From Marsupella aquatica (lineage: Eukaryota; Plantae; Marchantiophyta): 64,000 nucleotides of DNA. The notes beneath the pieces are model-generated. The model had not been told where the DNA came from. It saw only the letters and a list, made by a program, of their open reading frames with translations, and did not search any database. The stretch spans positions 20,771,619 to 20,835,618 of the forward strand of contig OZ316892.1 in the NCBI GenBank assembly GCA_973895155.1, written 5' to 3'. Shown here one piece after another: positions 49,931-60,522 of this stretch. Every line of letters begins with the position of its first letter. Position 1 is the stretch's first letter. The position numbers and the translations under genes are program-made.

Positions 49931-52344
49931 CAAAGTCAAATTCTAAGCTCCACGACGACCCAATGAGTCAAGGGAGCTGTGGCAAAAAAGCCAAATACAA
50001 AGAATCCTTGTTTCTGATCTGCATGATCTATTTAGGTTGCCACCAAAGCAACTTGGATTGTATATCATGGCAGTGGATAGGAAACGATGTGATAGCATTA
50101 CACATTAGTGACTCTTAAGGTCCTTAGTTTGTTATTAGTGAGGATGTAGAGATCCTCACATGAGCATTTGACTCATTTATTTGTGATTTGCCCCATCAGT
50201 AGTAGTAAGTTTTGGGCCCCCTCTCTTGGGTCCCCATGACCATTCAATTGGAGATTATGTATTTTCCTCCTCTTGGCAAGGTGGGTGGGGGGGGGATCGG
50301 GGATTCACTCTAATTCAAGTCTCATGCTGTGTACTATGTTTTGGGTCTAAGATAACCCCCTAAGGCAAAAGCAGAAACTTCTCCTATGTGTAAACCTTTT
50401 CTAACATTTTAGAGAGGTGAGAGTTGTCAGTGTTAGGTATTCTTGTTATGGTGGTTTCAAATGGAACCTTATTGAATTTGGTTTGAGCAAAGGGGCAACA
50501 AATGTTCAAACCAAAGTTTTAGAAGTATCTTGCCTCATGAAATTGATGTCAGAATTGTATTTAAAAATAAAAATAAAACTTGTTGATCACAATAATAGTT
50601 ACTAAAAGCATCCCCTAAATTCTTCACAGTGTTATGACACCATAGTTAAGTCCCAACCTAGCTAACCATGGTTGGAAACCTTGTACCCCTTCATACCATA
50701 TATATACATCCAAGGGAGAAGTTGAGATTCAGTTGGAGATTCAAGTTGCCTCTTACTCCAAAAATATTTTCATTTCCCCTATGCTTTTCAACTTTTAATT
50801 TGCCTCATCAGTACTAATGAATTTTTGGCCTCCTTGGTCCCGTGACCCTTCAATTATTTATGAGCACCCCATTGTTAAAAACTCACAATATTGCTCTTCT
50901 ACAGGCCTGGATGCCACTGTGGATATATGCCACTGCAAATTAAATCTTCTCCCTGCTTTCTGCCCACAAAGCATCTCCCTCCAGTTGGAGATTATCTCTT
51001 ATTCATGTCTCATATCACGTACAATGTTCCGGGTTATAAATAACCCCCTTGCTAGCTTTGTACTACATCAATCATATGATGACATGAAACATAATTATTC
51101 TAATTAAAAAAACCCTTTCTTTGTGCTACTTACCTGAGACATCTTCCTTTAAATCAATTAAAACCCTTTTCTTTGTACGCAATGGGTTAAGAGAATAAGT
51201 GACCCCCCAGTTTGCTCCAAGAACAGTGTGACTAAGGTACCTCATGACACTCAGGCACAGACTTCCTTACATTGTATATTTGCTATTGGGCTTGATGGTG
51301 CAAATTGGACATTGATACCCAAACTTTTGTCTTGGACATGGCAAGGTCATTTCCCACAAGGGAATGAATCCATGCCAGGACCATACTTAGCTTCATGAAG
51401 GAACCTCCTCAAACCAATGCAAGCCAGGTATGTTACCACTCAAACCATTTTGTTTGCCGTTGTTGTTCAGATTCACCTATTTGGTTCAATATGTAAAAGT
51501 CCCTATATTGATTAGAATAAATCAGGTGCCAAATGTCTGAAAGGTAGTTACAGAAGAGTTAACTGGCTGTCTTTTGCATCAAAGTTCTCATGAGGTCATC
51601 AGGAGTGCACCAGTAATCAAAGTGGCCACAAAATGACCTATGCCCTAACCATTTGAGCTGTTATTGGTTGTTTAATTCATCACTACTATAGTATGAAGTC
51701 ACTACTAAAGAAAAAAGCCATGAATTGATTGGCAATAGGATGCATGCTTGAACTACTTACTGAGTCAATTAAGCAAATGGTTACTAACTTTGCTAAATGT
51801 TTACCGGACTAAGAAATTGCAAAGTGTCTAGTTAGTAGCAATAATTAAATCTTTGCGTAATGGCGCCTAATCGAATTGTTTGGAATTCTGAAATCACACA
51901 CTGGAACATTTCCAATCTCATCTAAAAATGGGTTTGACTTGTTTTTGGCTTTCTATTACTTGGCAAAATACAAAGTGATGGATGCGAAGTGTCCAAAGGA
52001 TGGAGGATGTATCATTTTCAATTACAAGTTTCACTTTTCAAATTTGTCCTAGGCATCATTGTCTCAAATATGATGTATATCATATTTCATGCTCGGTAAG
52101 TTCCACCTAAGTAATATTGTTGTATAAGTATAAGGATGTCTTTATTAAGCTAAGTATGATGCACTTAATTTGATTTCAACCGTTATAAGTATGTTCCAGA
52201 GTAAGCTTTTTAATCATAGAAAATCAACTATTTCAGTTGTGCAATTATAAGACCCCAAAGCCCAACTTGACTCTCCAAACATATATACAAGAAACAAGTT
52301 GGGCATCATGTAGCCCCGCATGTAGCTTTTCTGAGCAAAGATTG

Positions 52345-52932
52345 GTACTAGTAATGGCAGCCATCTTTTGCGCAACATCTTTTGAGCAACACATATTTTT
52401 TACTTAACGACATTTTTTATTTAACAACACTGTAAAATAATGCAACGATGTATTTATCCAACAACATCTTTTGTGCAACGGAGACTTGATAACATATATC
52501 ACTCACGACATCACTTTACTTATGAACCATTTTGTACTTAACAACATATATCACTCAAGACATCACTTTACTTATGAATCATTTTGTACTTAGCAACATA
52601 TATCACTCACAACATCACTTTACTTATGAACCATCTTGTACTTAACAACATATATCACTCACGACATTACTTTACTTATGAACCATTTTGTACTTAACAA
52701 CAACTTTATACCGTCTTAACAACATCTTTTTTCTTAATGATATCTTGGGCGTTGTGACATCTTTTGTCTCAACATCTTTTTTCTTAACGACATCTTGGGT
52801 GACACGACATCTTTTCTCTTAACAACATCTTGAGCATCACGACATCTTTTCTCTAACTTGACGACATCTTGGGCGTCACGACATTTTTTTCTTCACGACA
52901 TCTTTTGTGCAGCGCACGGGTATTGAGCTCGT
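52345..52932 (+). mobile_element. Non-autonomous Helitron-like element with internal minisatellites
   Basis: About 4 copies of a ~52-bp unit (acatatatcactcacgacatcactttacttatgaaccattttgtactta) and many (g/a)acatcttt motifs. It ends gtgcagcgcacgggtattgagctcg, a hairpin plus CTAG-like end homologous to the end at 15110. Confidence 0.55.
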
Positions 52933-53649
52933 TGATAAATCAAATGAGGCAAGTGAGTGGTTTAAAACTTGAATCTGCTACACTTTTGCATCGATCATTC
53001 TCTTATTCACTCCCCTTGCCATCAATTAGAAATGGCCAAAATTAGAATGGTGCCCAGATACAACTTTTGGTATTTTAAATTTTATAAATCTACTACTTTG
53101 CGTTCTTTCTATGACAAGATTTCCATGTTTTATTTCAGAAGCACTAGTGCCTTCCACCAAACAAAGCCTTGGCTTTGTATACAAAAATGCAAAAGATTAG
53201 CCTTCATAACCAAACAGCTTTGAAGCCTAGTAAATGCCCACTTTATTCCAAGGTCAGTCTTAGTGCTTAAGATAGGGTTTTGAGTTTGGAAATAAGCTTT
53301 GTGATTGATTGGGTTGATTTTGTAGCATAAGTTAAAGAGACTTTTAATCTAGATATAGGAATGGAGGTATGGCTCATCTTGGTATTGTTTTTTTCAATCT
53401 AATTGACTTAGGCCCCCTGTAGAGGCCCTTCCCTGGAAAAAACAGAATTTGACCCCTTTAATAATTCTTTTAGGTCTCGCCATGCAATAAACTGGTGACA
53501 GTATTCATGCCCCTTGTGCCTCCCAACCTCCCCCCCCCCTCCCCCCCTAAAAAAAATTTTGAAAAATAAAACTGGTCTATCTTGAGAGCCACAACTTCAA
53601 AATTTGAAAGTTTTGGGAGGGAAATGCGTGGGGTTTAGGGTTTTGCCAC

Positions 53650-55100
53650 ATTGAGTGTTTTGCGGCCAATGGTGCCACCATTTAGGGTTTTGCCGTCCCT
53701 GTACCACCGTCGCTGGGATTTGCTCTTAGGCCCAGAATAGGCCTCGACAACTTGTGCTGACTTAGCGAGAGCACCCGATCTGAGCAGTTGCACATACTTT
53801 GAATGTCTTCAATCGATCGGATGTCTCTTTATTCTTGCAAATGCATGCTCTGCTTGCGCGCCAGACTTAGGTTTGAGCTTTGGAGTGCAGAAACTACACT
53901 TCCTTGAACAAATGCATTGAATTGCAGAGAATGTGCATCGAAATTGCAGTTCTGTTCATTTTCTCTGCAATTCAGGGTTTGGAGACCTGGCTGGGGGGCC
54001 TGCTATTTATGATTTGCTCTCAAGGACTCGAATCCTGTGGTACGCTTGTCTCTGTATTCCATCAAATGTAAAGCAGCTAGCCTAGTTTTCCCTATGGGTC
54101 ATATAATACGTGCTCATTAGTTTCTGTCTTCTCTGGTGTTGCAGGCAAAGTGTGCTCATTGTGGCCGCTGCTGTCATGTTTTCTACATCATCTCTCGAAG
54201 GGACTCATTCTAGCTATTCTTTCCGGGGGTCCCTGTCCTCTTTTGTCTGCTGCAAGTGAATCTGCGTTTGACTTCTTTCTGTTTTGATTCTAATCTTGTT
54301 GAACATTTGTCTGTGTACGTATTCCAATGTTACAGCAGCCTAGTTTCTCTGTTTGTCATATTGTGCTCATTAGTTTTTGTCTTGTTTTCTATTGCAGGCG
54401 AATTGTGGTCATTGTCGCCTCTGCTGTAATGTATTCTACACCATCTCTTTAACGGACCATAAAGTTTTGCGGCCTATGGGGCCACCGCTTTGGGTTTTGC
54501 AATCTTTGTATCACTGTTGATGGGATTTGCTCTGAGGCCCAGAACAGGCCATGGCGAGGGTTTTGCAGGTCAATAAGTCAAACTTGTGCTGACCTATCGA
54601 GAGTTCTCCGGTCTGAGTAGTTGAAACTCTAATGTCTACGATCGATCGGAAGGGTCATTATTTTTGCAAACGCGTACTCTGCTTGCCAGACCAAGGAAAT
54701 TTGAATTTTTGAGTGCAGAAATGACAGTTCCCTTAACAAATGCATGGAATTGCAGAGAATGTGCATCGAATTTGCGTTTGGTGACCGGACCGGAGGGACT
54801 TCTATTTACGATTTGCTCTCAAGGACTCCAATCAGTTGTACGCTTGTCTATGTATTCAAATGTTAAATGGGTCTCTTTGTACGCGCACATTAATTTCTGT
54901 CTTGTCTTGTGTTGCAGGCGAATTGTGCTCATGTTGGCTGCTGCTGTAATGTTTTCTACATCATCTCTCGAAGGGACTCATTTGGGCTGTTAAGCTTTCC
55001 GGGGGTCTCTGTCTTCTTGTGTCTGCTGCAAAGGAATCTGCGTTTGTCTTCTTTCTGTTTGGACTGTTTGGACTCTAATCCTGTTGAACGTTGCATGAAA
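53650..55100. repeat. Diverged ~810-bp tandem duplication with internal sub-repeats
   Basis: gttttgcggcc.atgg.gccacc..tt.gggttttgc at ~53657 and ~54464. tttgctctcaaggactc and gcaggc.aa.tgtg.tcat..gctgctgt.atgttttctacatcatctctcgaagggactcatt recur. Confidence 0.85.
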
Positions 55101-55664
55101 GTCTCTTTTCTAGGCTCTTTCTTCCTGCCTGGAAAGCTACAGTACATTAATAATATGTTCTCGATTGCTCTGTTCAGCTTTGTCCTTGAAAGCTACCCGT
55201 GCCGTGCTACATCTCAATCTTTGATAATTTTACATGCTGCTTACATTGCAATGATATCCACGCAATATCCACGTAACAGATCCGCGTGGATATTCCAATG
55301 ATTTTACATTTCACTGATGCTATACCACAGCCATTTTCAACCATTGATGTACAAACAGCTGTATGCATCGTAAGGATTATTGCATCGACATCTAGTCTCG
55401 CAACTCAAGTGTAATGTAGACTTTGCACTGTATTCATTCAGTGACGGTGCATTCTATTTTTCACTCAGAACTGAAGGTGCATTCTGGGACCGGGCATTTT
55501 ATACTTTATATTTTTGCACTCGTGAACTCTGCCGTTTGGCTTGACTTCGCACTCATTTCCAGTGCAATGGTCCACGCTGCGCATTTGCACCTTAGAGGCA
55601 ATTCTCTGTGTTAAATACGCGCTTTTGCACCTACTGCGAAAGCAAAAAGTTCTCCTGTGTAACC

Positions 55665-55820
55665 TGTGACTAAAGCATACGCGCTCAAACATAGGAAAAA
55701 TACAAATGCACAATGCAGTGAATAGAATGAGGAGACCGTGAATAGAATGAGAGGAGACCCTCAAGTAGAGGCGCTCCATCTGAGAAAAAACAAAAGGCGC
55801 AGTAGCAGCCCAAGCGATCA
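55665..55820. repeat. Dispersed ~136-bp repeat, copy 2
   Basis: Matches 39234-39369 apart from a duplicated gtgaatagaatgaggagacc. Confidence 0.92.
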
Positions 55821-56874
55821 TAGTTTGAGGCAGACCTTCAATGGACCAGAGAAATATATTTGAGCACCGTGCTCAAGGTATACATCTGAGACATTACGTG
55901 TCTGACGTCCGAATGTCTTGCTGTGGAGTTTATAACCTGAGATGTTTTGCGGTGACATCCTGAAAGACTGCAATATTGGCCCTGCTTCCTTTGATTCGCA
56001 GTGATGATACTTCAGGAAAGTTTTGTTCTTTAATTGCTTCAGCACGTTGTCTTTCGATATTATTCGGTACCTTTCGTAAGATCTTGGTATAATGCTGGGT
56101 TCATACCAAAGTGGTAGAATCGGGAGTTGAACGTAGAATCAGCGCTTGAGTATTGAGTGTTTGCATGTTCAAGTCCTTGGAAGCTTCTAATATTTGATGT
56201 TTCGAGTTGTATGGACATGAGACTCATCACCATCGCGAAATACTTGCACAAAGTAGCCATCCAGAAGCACGACGCAGATAATCCCATGGGTCTAACCTAG
56301 TTCGGACATATTGGAAAATTGGGTATCTGGATTTTAGCTCAAAGTCTGACCTGGAAAGCATTTGTGGCATATATACATGCGAGGGCGGTCGAATTCGAAC
56401 AGTTAGAAACAGGCCATGCAATAAATTGGCAAATGTTGTCTTATCGCATATTTGGATGATCGTTGTGATCAGAGTTTTCTCTAGGATGCGGTAGGAGTTA
56501 ATACTCAGATGTGTACGTAGTTTCTTACATACAAATTAATATCTTGGGCTTATCTCAGTGAATTACCGATTATAGTATTGTCTCCAAGATACTCGACCTC
56601 CAGCTAGTGTTGGCGGGTTTAGTATGGATCGAGGTCATTAAGGTGGGTATCTAGGTCAGATCATAAGCCCCCGGCTACTGATTCTTGTAAAACCCTACTT
56701 ATTCCTATAGATGCTCAGAAACAACACAATCTTTCGATGGCGCTTCGGCACATAATTAATATGTGCGAATTTTGCGGTATTTTACAAAAACTCGGAGTAC
56801 TACGTACAGAGCAGTGGGGCTTCAGGACAGCAGAAACCGAGCTGCATTGTACACAAGACTTCGTAGGCGCAGCT

Positions 56875-58839
56875 TTAGATGTCAAGAATGTCCCTGTGGC
56901 CCATCGCTCCGTCATCGAAAGTCAGCTCCGCAAGCAAGTCGAAAGCACTTAGTAAGTAGGGCACCTCCACCGGCCACAACGTGACGGTTCCTACGAAATA
57001 ATTTTGCATGGTCCAGACCAATGGTCCGAACTCTGGCTCGTCGTACATCATGGCGCTCAGAACTCTGTAGGCAGCGGCGTCTAACCAGTAGCCAATTCGC
57101 GATGCGCACTTATCACAGCAAGCGTCAGTGCTTGCCCACATGTACCCCCGACGGATACCAGCTGCTAGTCCAGCCCCTCGGCATGCTCTTGTTACGATCT
57201 CCGGGAGGCCCGGCGTTGCATGAATTTCTTCCTCCGTGTTTCTCGTCATGAGTTCCTCAAATGCAGGACCGCATTTTGAGCACAACTCTGGCTTCGTGAC
57301 GCCGGGTGAGTCCAAGAGCTCGTGTGCTCTGGACGGAATCATGTATTTCTGTGTTACACGAGGTACCAGGGCGGAGGCGTCTGAATTCAAAGCTCTGGCC
57401 CACTCTTCACCGATCTCGATATCCAAGTCACAATCTTTCAACACCAGGTCCTTACGTGCCGTCTCCAGGATTTCTTTGGCTTCGCTTGATTTAGACCGGC
57501 TAAGTTGACGAGTGTATTTCACAACACGCTCAAATATCCTATACCGGGTGTTGAAGGGGCTCCACGGTCCAGCGACCATGCATGCAGAGTACCCATACAG
57601 AGGTGGACCTTCGCCTTCCGCAAGGAATGTGTCAAGTATGCTTTTGCCGATTGCATCGTAAAAGCCTATTGAGAACCCGGTGTGCATTCCGGACTTGCCT
57701 ACTCCTGCTGCTTCGGCAAACATGGCAGTCGTTATCCGGTTGGAGCATCCTGCGTCGAACAAGAGGTCGTGACATTGGAGCTGCATCAATCCGGCAACAA
57801 TGCCTGCTCTGCTCCTGTTGACGACCTGCTCACTCTCGAAGGCAAAAGGAACGAGTGCAGCGCTGTCGGAGACCTGAATGGCTGCCCACTCCTCCGGGGA
57901 CGCATCGTCGAGCCCCATATTGTAAGCTCCATTGTTCTTCTCAGTCGCCCATTTGTTCTGAATTGAGCGCACGAAATTCTGGAAGTCATAACTGATCATT
58001 CCAGTCAGGGCTGCGCCCTGAAGCTTTGTTCCTTCTGCAACCGCATGTTTGGCTCCCATCAGGAACCCGTTTTGAAACCCCATCTTGCTCTCCTCTCCAT
58101 GGTCAAGGTCGTAGTCGATGGTGTTCAACAGCTGCAACCTCATAGCGTCTGGCGAGTCCTTTTTCGGGATCACCTTGATCTGGATGGCAATCCAGCCGTA
58201 CGCCACACAGGGACTAAACCCTTTCGAATAGCCCGAATCTTTCCACTCGGGCCGCTTCAGGACCTCAGCATACTCAGCGCTGGACTTCCACGCATGACCC
58301 CCAATCGACTTCGGACCAGTGATGTAGATCGAGTCGTAGGTCACATTCGGCCCAATTTCCATTCTGATATCCTCCATCATGGGCCGGCGCCTGTCACCCT
58401 TCCTGAGGCGAGCATAGACGGCTGCGCCGAGGTTGATGTCGTGGACAATGCGGGGATGCAGTCCCAGATTGGGAGCAGCTCGCACGAAGCAGTTCCAGCC
58501 GGCAAGCCAGCTTCCGGTGATGCACACATCGCGTATCAGCGCTGCGAAACGCACGTTCTGCTCGCGGACCGACAGAGAATTCACATCGAGGCGCTGGCCC
58601 GTGTGCTCCTCGAAAGCATCAGCGATGGTCTGAGGCTTGGCGAACTCGACGTCGGACTCATAAATGGCCTTCGTCACAATGCCGAGCCCTTTCGCATACG
58701 ATCCGATGTCATAGAGCGCGAAGTCTCCAGATTCCAGTCGTCCAGTGGTGGTGTGTTCCTTGGCGACATAGCTCAGCTTGCCCGACCAGTAGCCCACCGG
58801 TCTTCTCGACAGTTGAGTGGTCTCCACAATCGAAGACAT
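56875..58839 (-). CDS. Intronless 654-aa uncharacterised protein; candidate class I terpenoid-synthase-like fold with Cys-rich C-terminal region
   Basis: Uninterrupted ATG-to-stop ORF, GC-richer than its flanks, with a long antisense shadow ORF (coding-type bias) and an upstream TATA. Motifs: D242YDLDHGEE, H357DLLFDAGCSNR, W426SPFNTRYR, C520xxC523, C574CxxC578. Being a real gene is well supported; the function is inference. Confidence 0.85.
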   Translation of the reverse strand: MSSIVETTQLSRRPVGYWSGKLSYVAKEHTTTGRLESGDFALYDIGSYAKGLGIVTKAIYESDVEFAKPQTIADAFEEHTGQRLDVNSLSVREQNVRFAALIRDVCITGSWLAGWNCFVRAAPNLGLHPRIVHDINLGAAVYARLRKGDRRRPMMEDIRMEIGPNVTYDSIYITGPKSIGGHAWKSSAEYAEVLKRPEWKDSGYSKGFSPCVAYGWIAIQIKVIPKKDSPDAMRLQLLNTIDYDLDHGEESKMGFQNGFLMGAKHAVAEGTKLQGAALTGMISYDFQNFVRSIQNKWATEKNNGAYNMGLDDASPEEWAAIQVSDSAALVPFAFESEQVVNRSRAGIVAGLMQLQCHDLLFDAGCSNRITTAMFAEAAGVGKSGMHTGFSIGFYDAIGKSILDTFLAEGEGPPLYGYSACMVAGPWSPFNTRYRIFERVVKYTRQLSRSKSSEAKEILETARKDLVLKDCDLDIEIGEEWARALNSDASALVPRVTQKYMIPSRAHELLDSPGVTKPELCSKCGPAFEELMTRNTEEEIHATPGLPEIVTRACRGAGLAAGIRRGYMWASTDACCDKCASRIGYWLDAAAYRVLSAMMYDEPEFGPLVWTMQNYFVGTVTLWPVEVPYLLSAFDLLAELTFDDGAMGHRDILDI

Positions 58840-59060
58840 TGTGCTGGTGTGTGCTGGTCAGAGAGTCGATTCTCTACTCAGGAATCAGATGAAGCGAATC
58901 GAACAGAACTGAATCAATTTTCAGACCTCGATGTCACGAATGGGAGCTCAATCATGATAAGCTAGTGCTTCACTCCAGTTTCTTCGAGCTCAACAGCATG
59001 TGACTGACTGTTCAATTGACTGAACTGAGCTGAGCTGAATTGAGCTCCGTCTGTCGCCTC

Positions 59061-59068
59061 CTTTATAG
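59061..59068 (-). promoter_or_regulatory. TATA box of the 654-aa gene
   Basis: CTATAAAG on the - strand, ~220 nt upstream of the ATG at 58839. Confidence 0.6.
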
Positions 59069-59169
59069 TGTCGTTCCCGTGGCTCTATTAATTGATCCGC
59101 CCAGATATTCGAATGCTATTATTTTGCTTTGATTCCATTAATATTGATTGACATGGATGCTCCCCTTTA

Positions 59170-59340
59170 TTCATTTGTGTTATTCGCCTGCAATCCCACA
59201 TCAAAATGAGATAGGTTCATTTGTGTTATTTGCAATCGCACATCAAAATGAGATAGGTTCATTTGTGTTATTTGCAATCGCACATCAAAATGAGATAGGT
59301 TCATTTGTGTTATTTGCAATCGCACATCAAAATGAGATAG
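59170..59340. repeat. 42-bp tandem repeat, 4 copies
   Basis: ttcatttgtgttatttgcaatcgcacatcaaaatgagatagg repeated head to tail with no spacers. Confidence 0.95.
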
Positions 59341-59704
59341 ATATAGGGTGTAATCACAATTCAAAATGTGATAATATAAGGAGTGCGCACTCACTAATTT
59401 CAAGAAAATAACCAATATTTATCATGATATGGAGTGGTGTTATACACCCATAAATGTCAACGTGTGTGATTCTGTGATAATATAAAATATAGGGTGTGTA
59501 CTCGCAGATTCAAAGAAAATAACCAAGGTTTATTTGATAACCCCCAAAATGTGATATTGTACACCATGCATATCATATTTTAATGTCAATACTGCTATGT
59601 GTGTTATTATGTGATAATATAAGATACTAGCCCGGCACAAGATTATATTATGTGATAATATAATCTTATTATCTTAATTATCATAATATATGATACTAGC
59701 CCGG

Positions 59705-60108
59705 CACCCTATATTATCATCTTACTATTATAATACCCTATTTTGCGAGAGAAAATGATGTTGCGGAGTGCAAAAGAAGTTGAGGCAACGAAAGATATGG
59801 AGAGGAGAAAAATGTCAAGCTGAGAAATAGATGTCAAGCTAGCTGATTAAAAGATGTGAAGGCAAGAAAACAATGCACGAGGTTAGGAAAACATGTCGAG
59901 GAGATAAAATATATTTTAATGAGAAAAAGATGTGGAGCTGAGAAAAAGATATCAAAGCAAGTCAAGAAAATATAGATTTTGCAATACAATTATTGACACA
60001 TGTTATGTGTGATCCATTGAGGCCCGTGATTCATAGAAACTATATGGACCTCAGTGAATGTCATTGGCAAAATAGGGTATTATAATAGTAAGATGATAAT
60101 ATAGGGTG
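59705..60108. repeat. Perfect 42-bp inverted repeat enclosing ~320 bp
   Basis: caccctatattatcatcttactattataataccctattttgc (59705-59746) and its exact reverse complement (60067-60108). Confidence 0.92.
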
Positions 60109-60380
60109 TGTATTGATTTCATTGATTTAAAATAATAATAACCAAAGTTTATCATGATATGGAGTGGTGTTGTATGCCATACATGTCATATTTTAATGTG
60201 CAATAGGGGGTGGGTGTTATTCCTGTGGCGACAAGAAATGGGAGACATCAACAAATTCTTTTGGCTTTCTTAGGTGACAAGGTTGCAAGGGCCTTGGTTT
60301 TGGGATCCAATCCAAAAGCTGGAAGACATTTGTTTGTAGTGTTCATGTTGTGCGAAGCAGTGTCTTCTTTAATTAAGGGG

Positions 60381-60522
60381 AAATATATTACACTAGATAC
60401 GCCTCATATCTGTGTGTCCTATATGGAAAATATATTATACTAGATAAGCCTCATATCTGTGTGTCCTATGTGGAAAATATATTATACTAGATAAGCCTCT
60501 TATCTCTGTGTCTTATGTGGAG
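60381..60522. repeat. 47-bp tandem repeat, 3 copies
   Basis: aaatatatta(c/t)actagata.gcctc(a/t)tatct.tgtgtc.tat.tgga repeated. Confidence 0.9.

Noticed and set aside
55820-56460. Coding-like fragments downstream of the 654-aa gene (also 36746-37024, 44640-45210, 61780-62750)
   Set aside because: Short, interrupted and without any motif I can recognise; possibly old pseudogene or TE debris, but not supportable.
58045-58965. 306-aa + strand ORF
   Set aside because: Antisense shadow of the 654-aa gene caused by its codon bias; no protein-like motifs.
59170-59340. CRISPR-like regular array (also 47482-47725, 52490-52700, 60381-60522)
   Set aside because: Units are head to tail with no unique spacers, there are no cas genes, and the context is eukaryotic.
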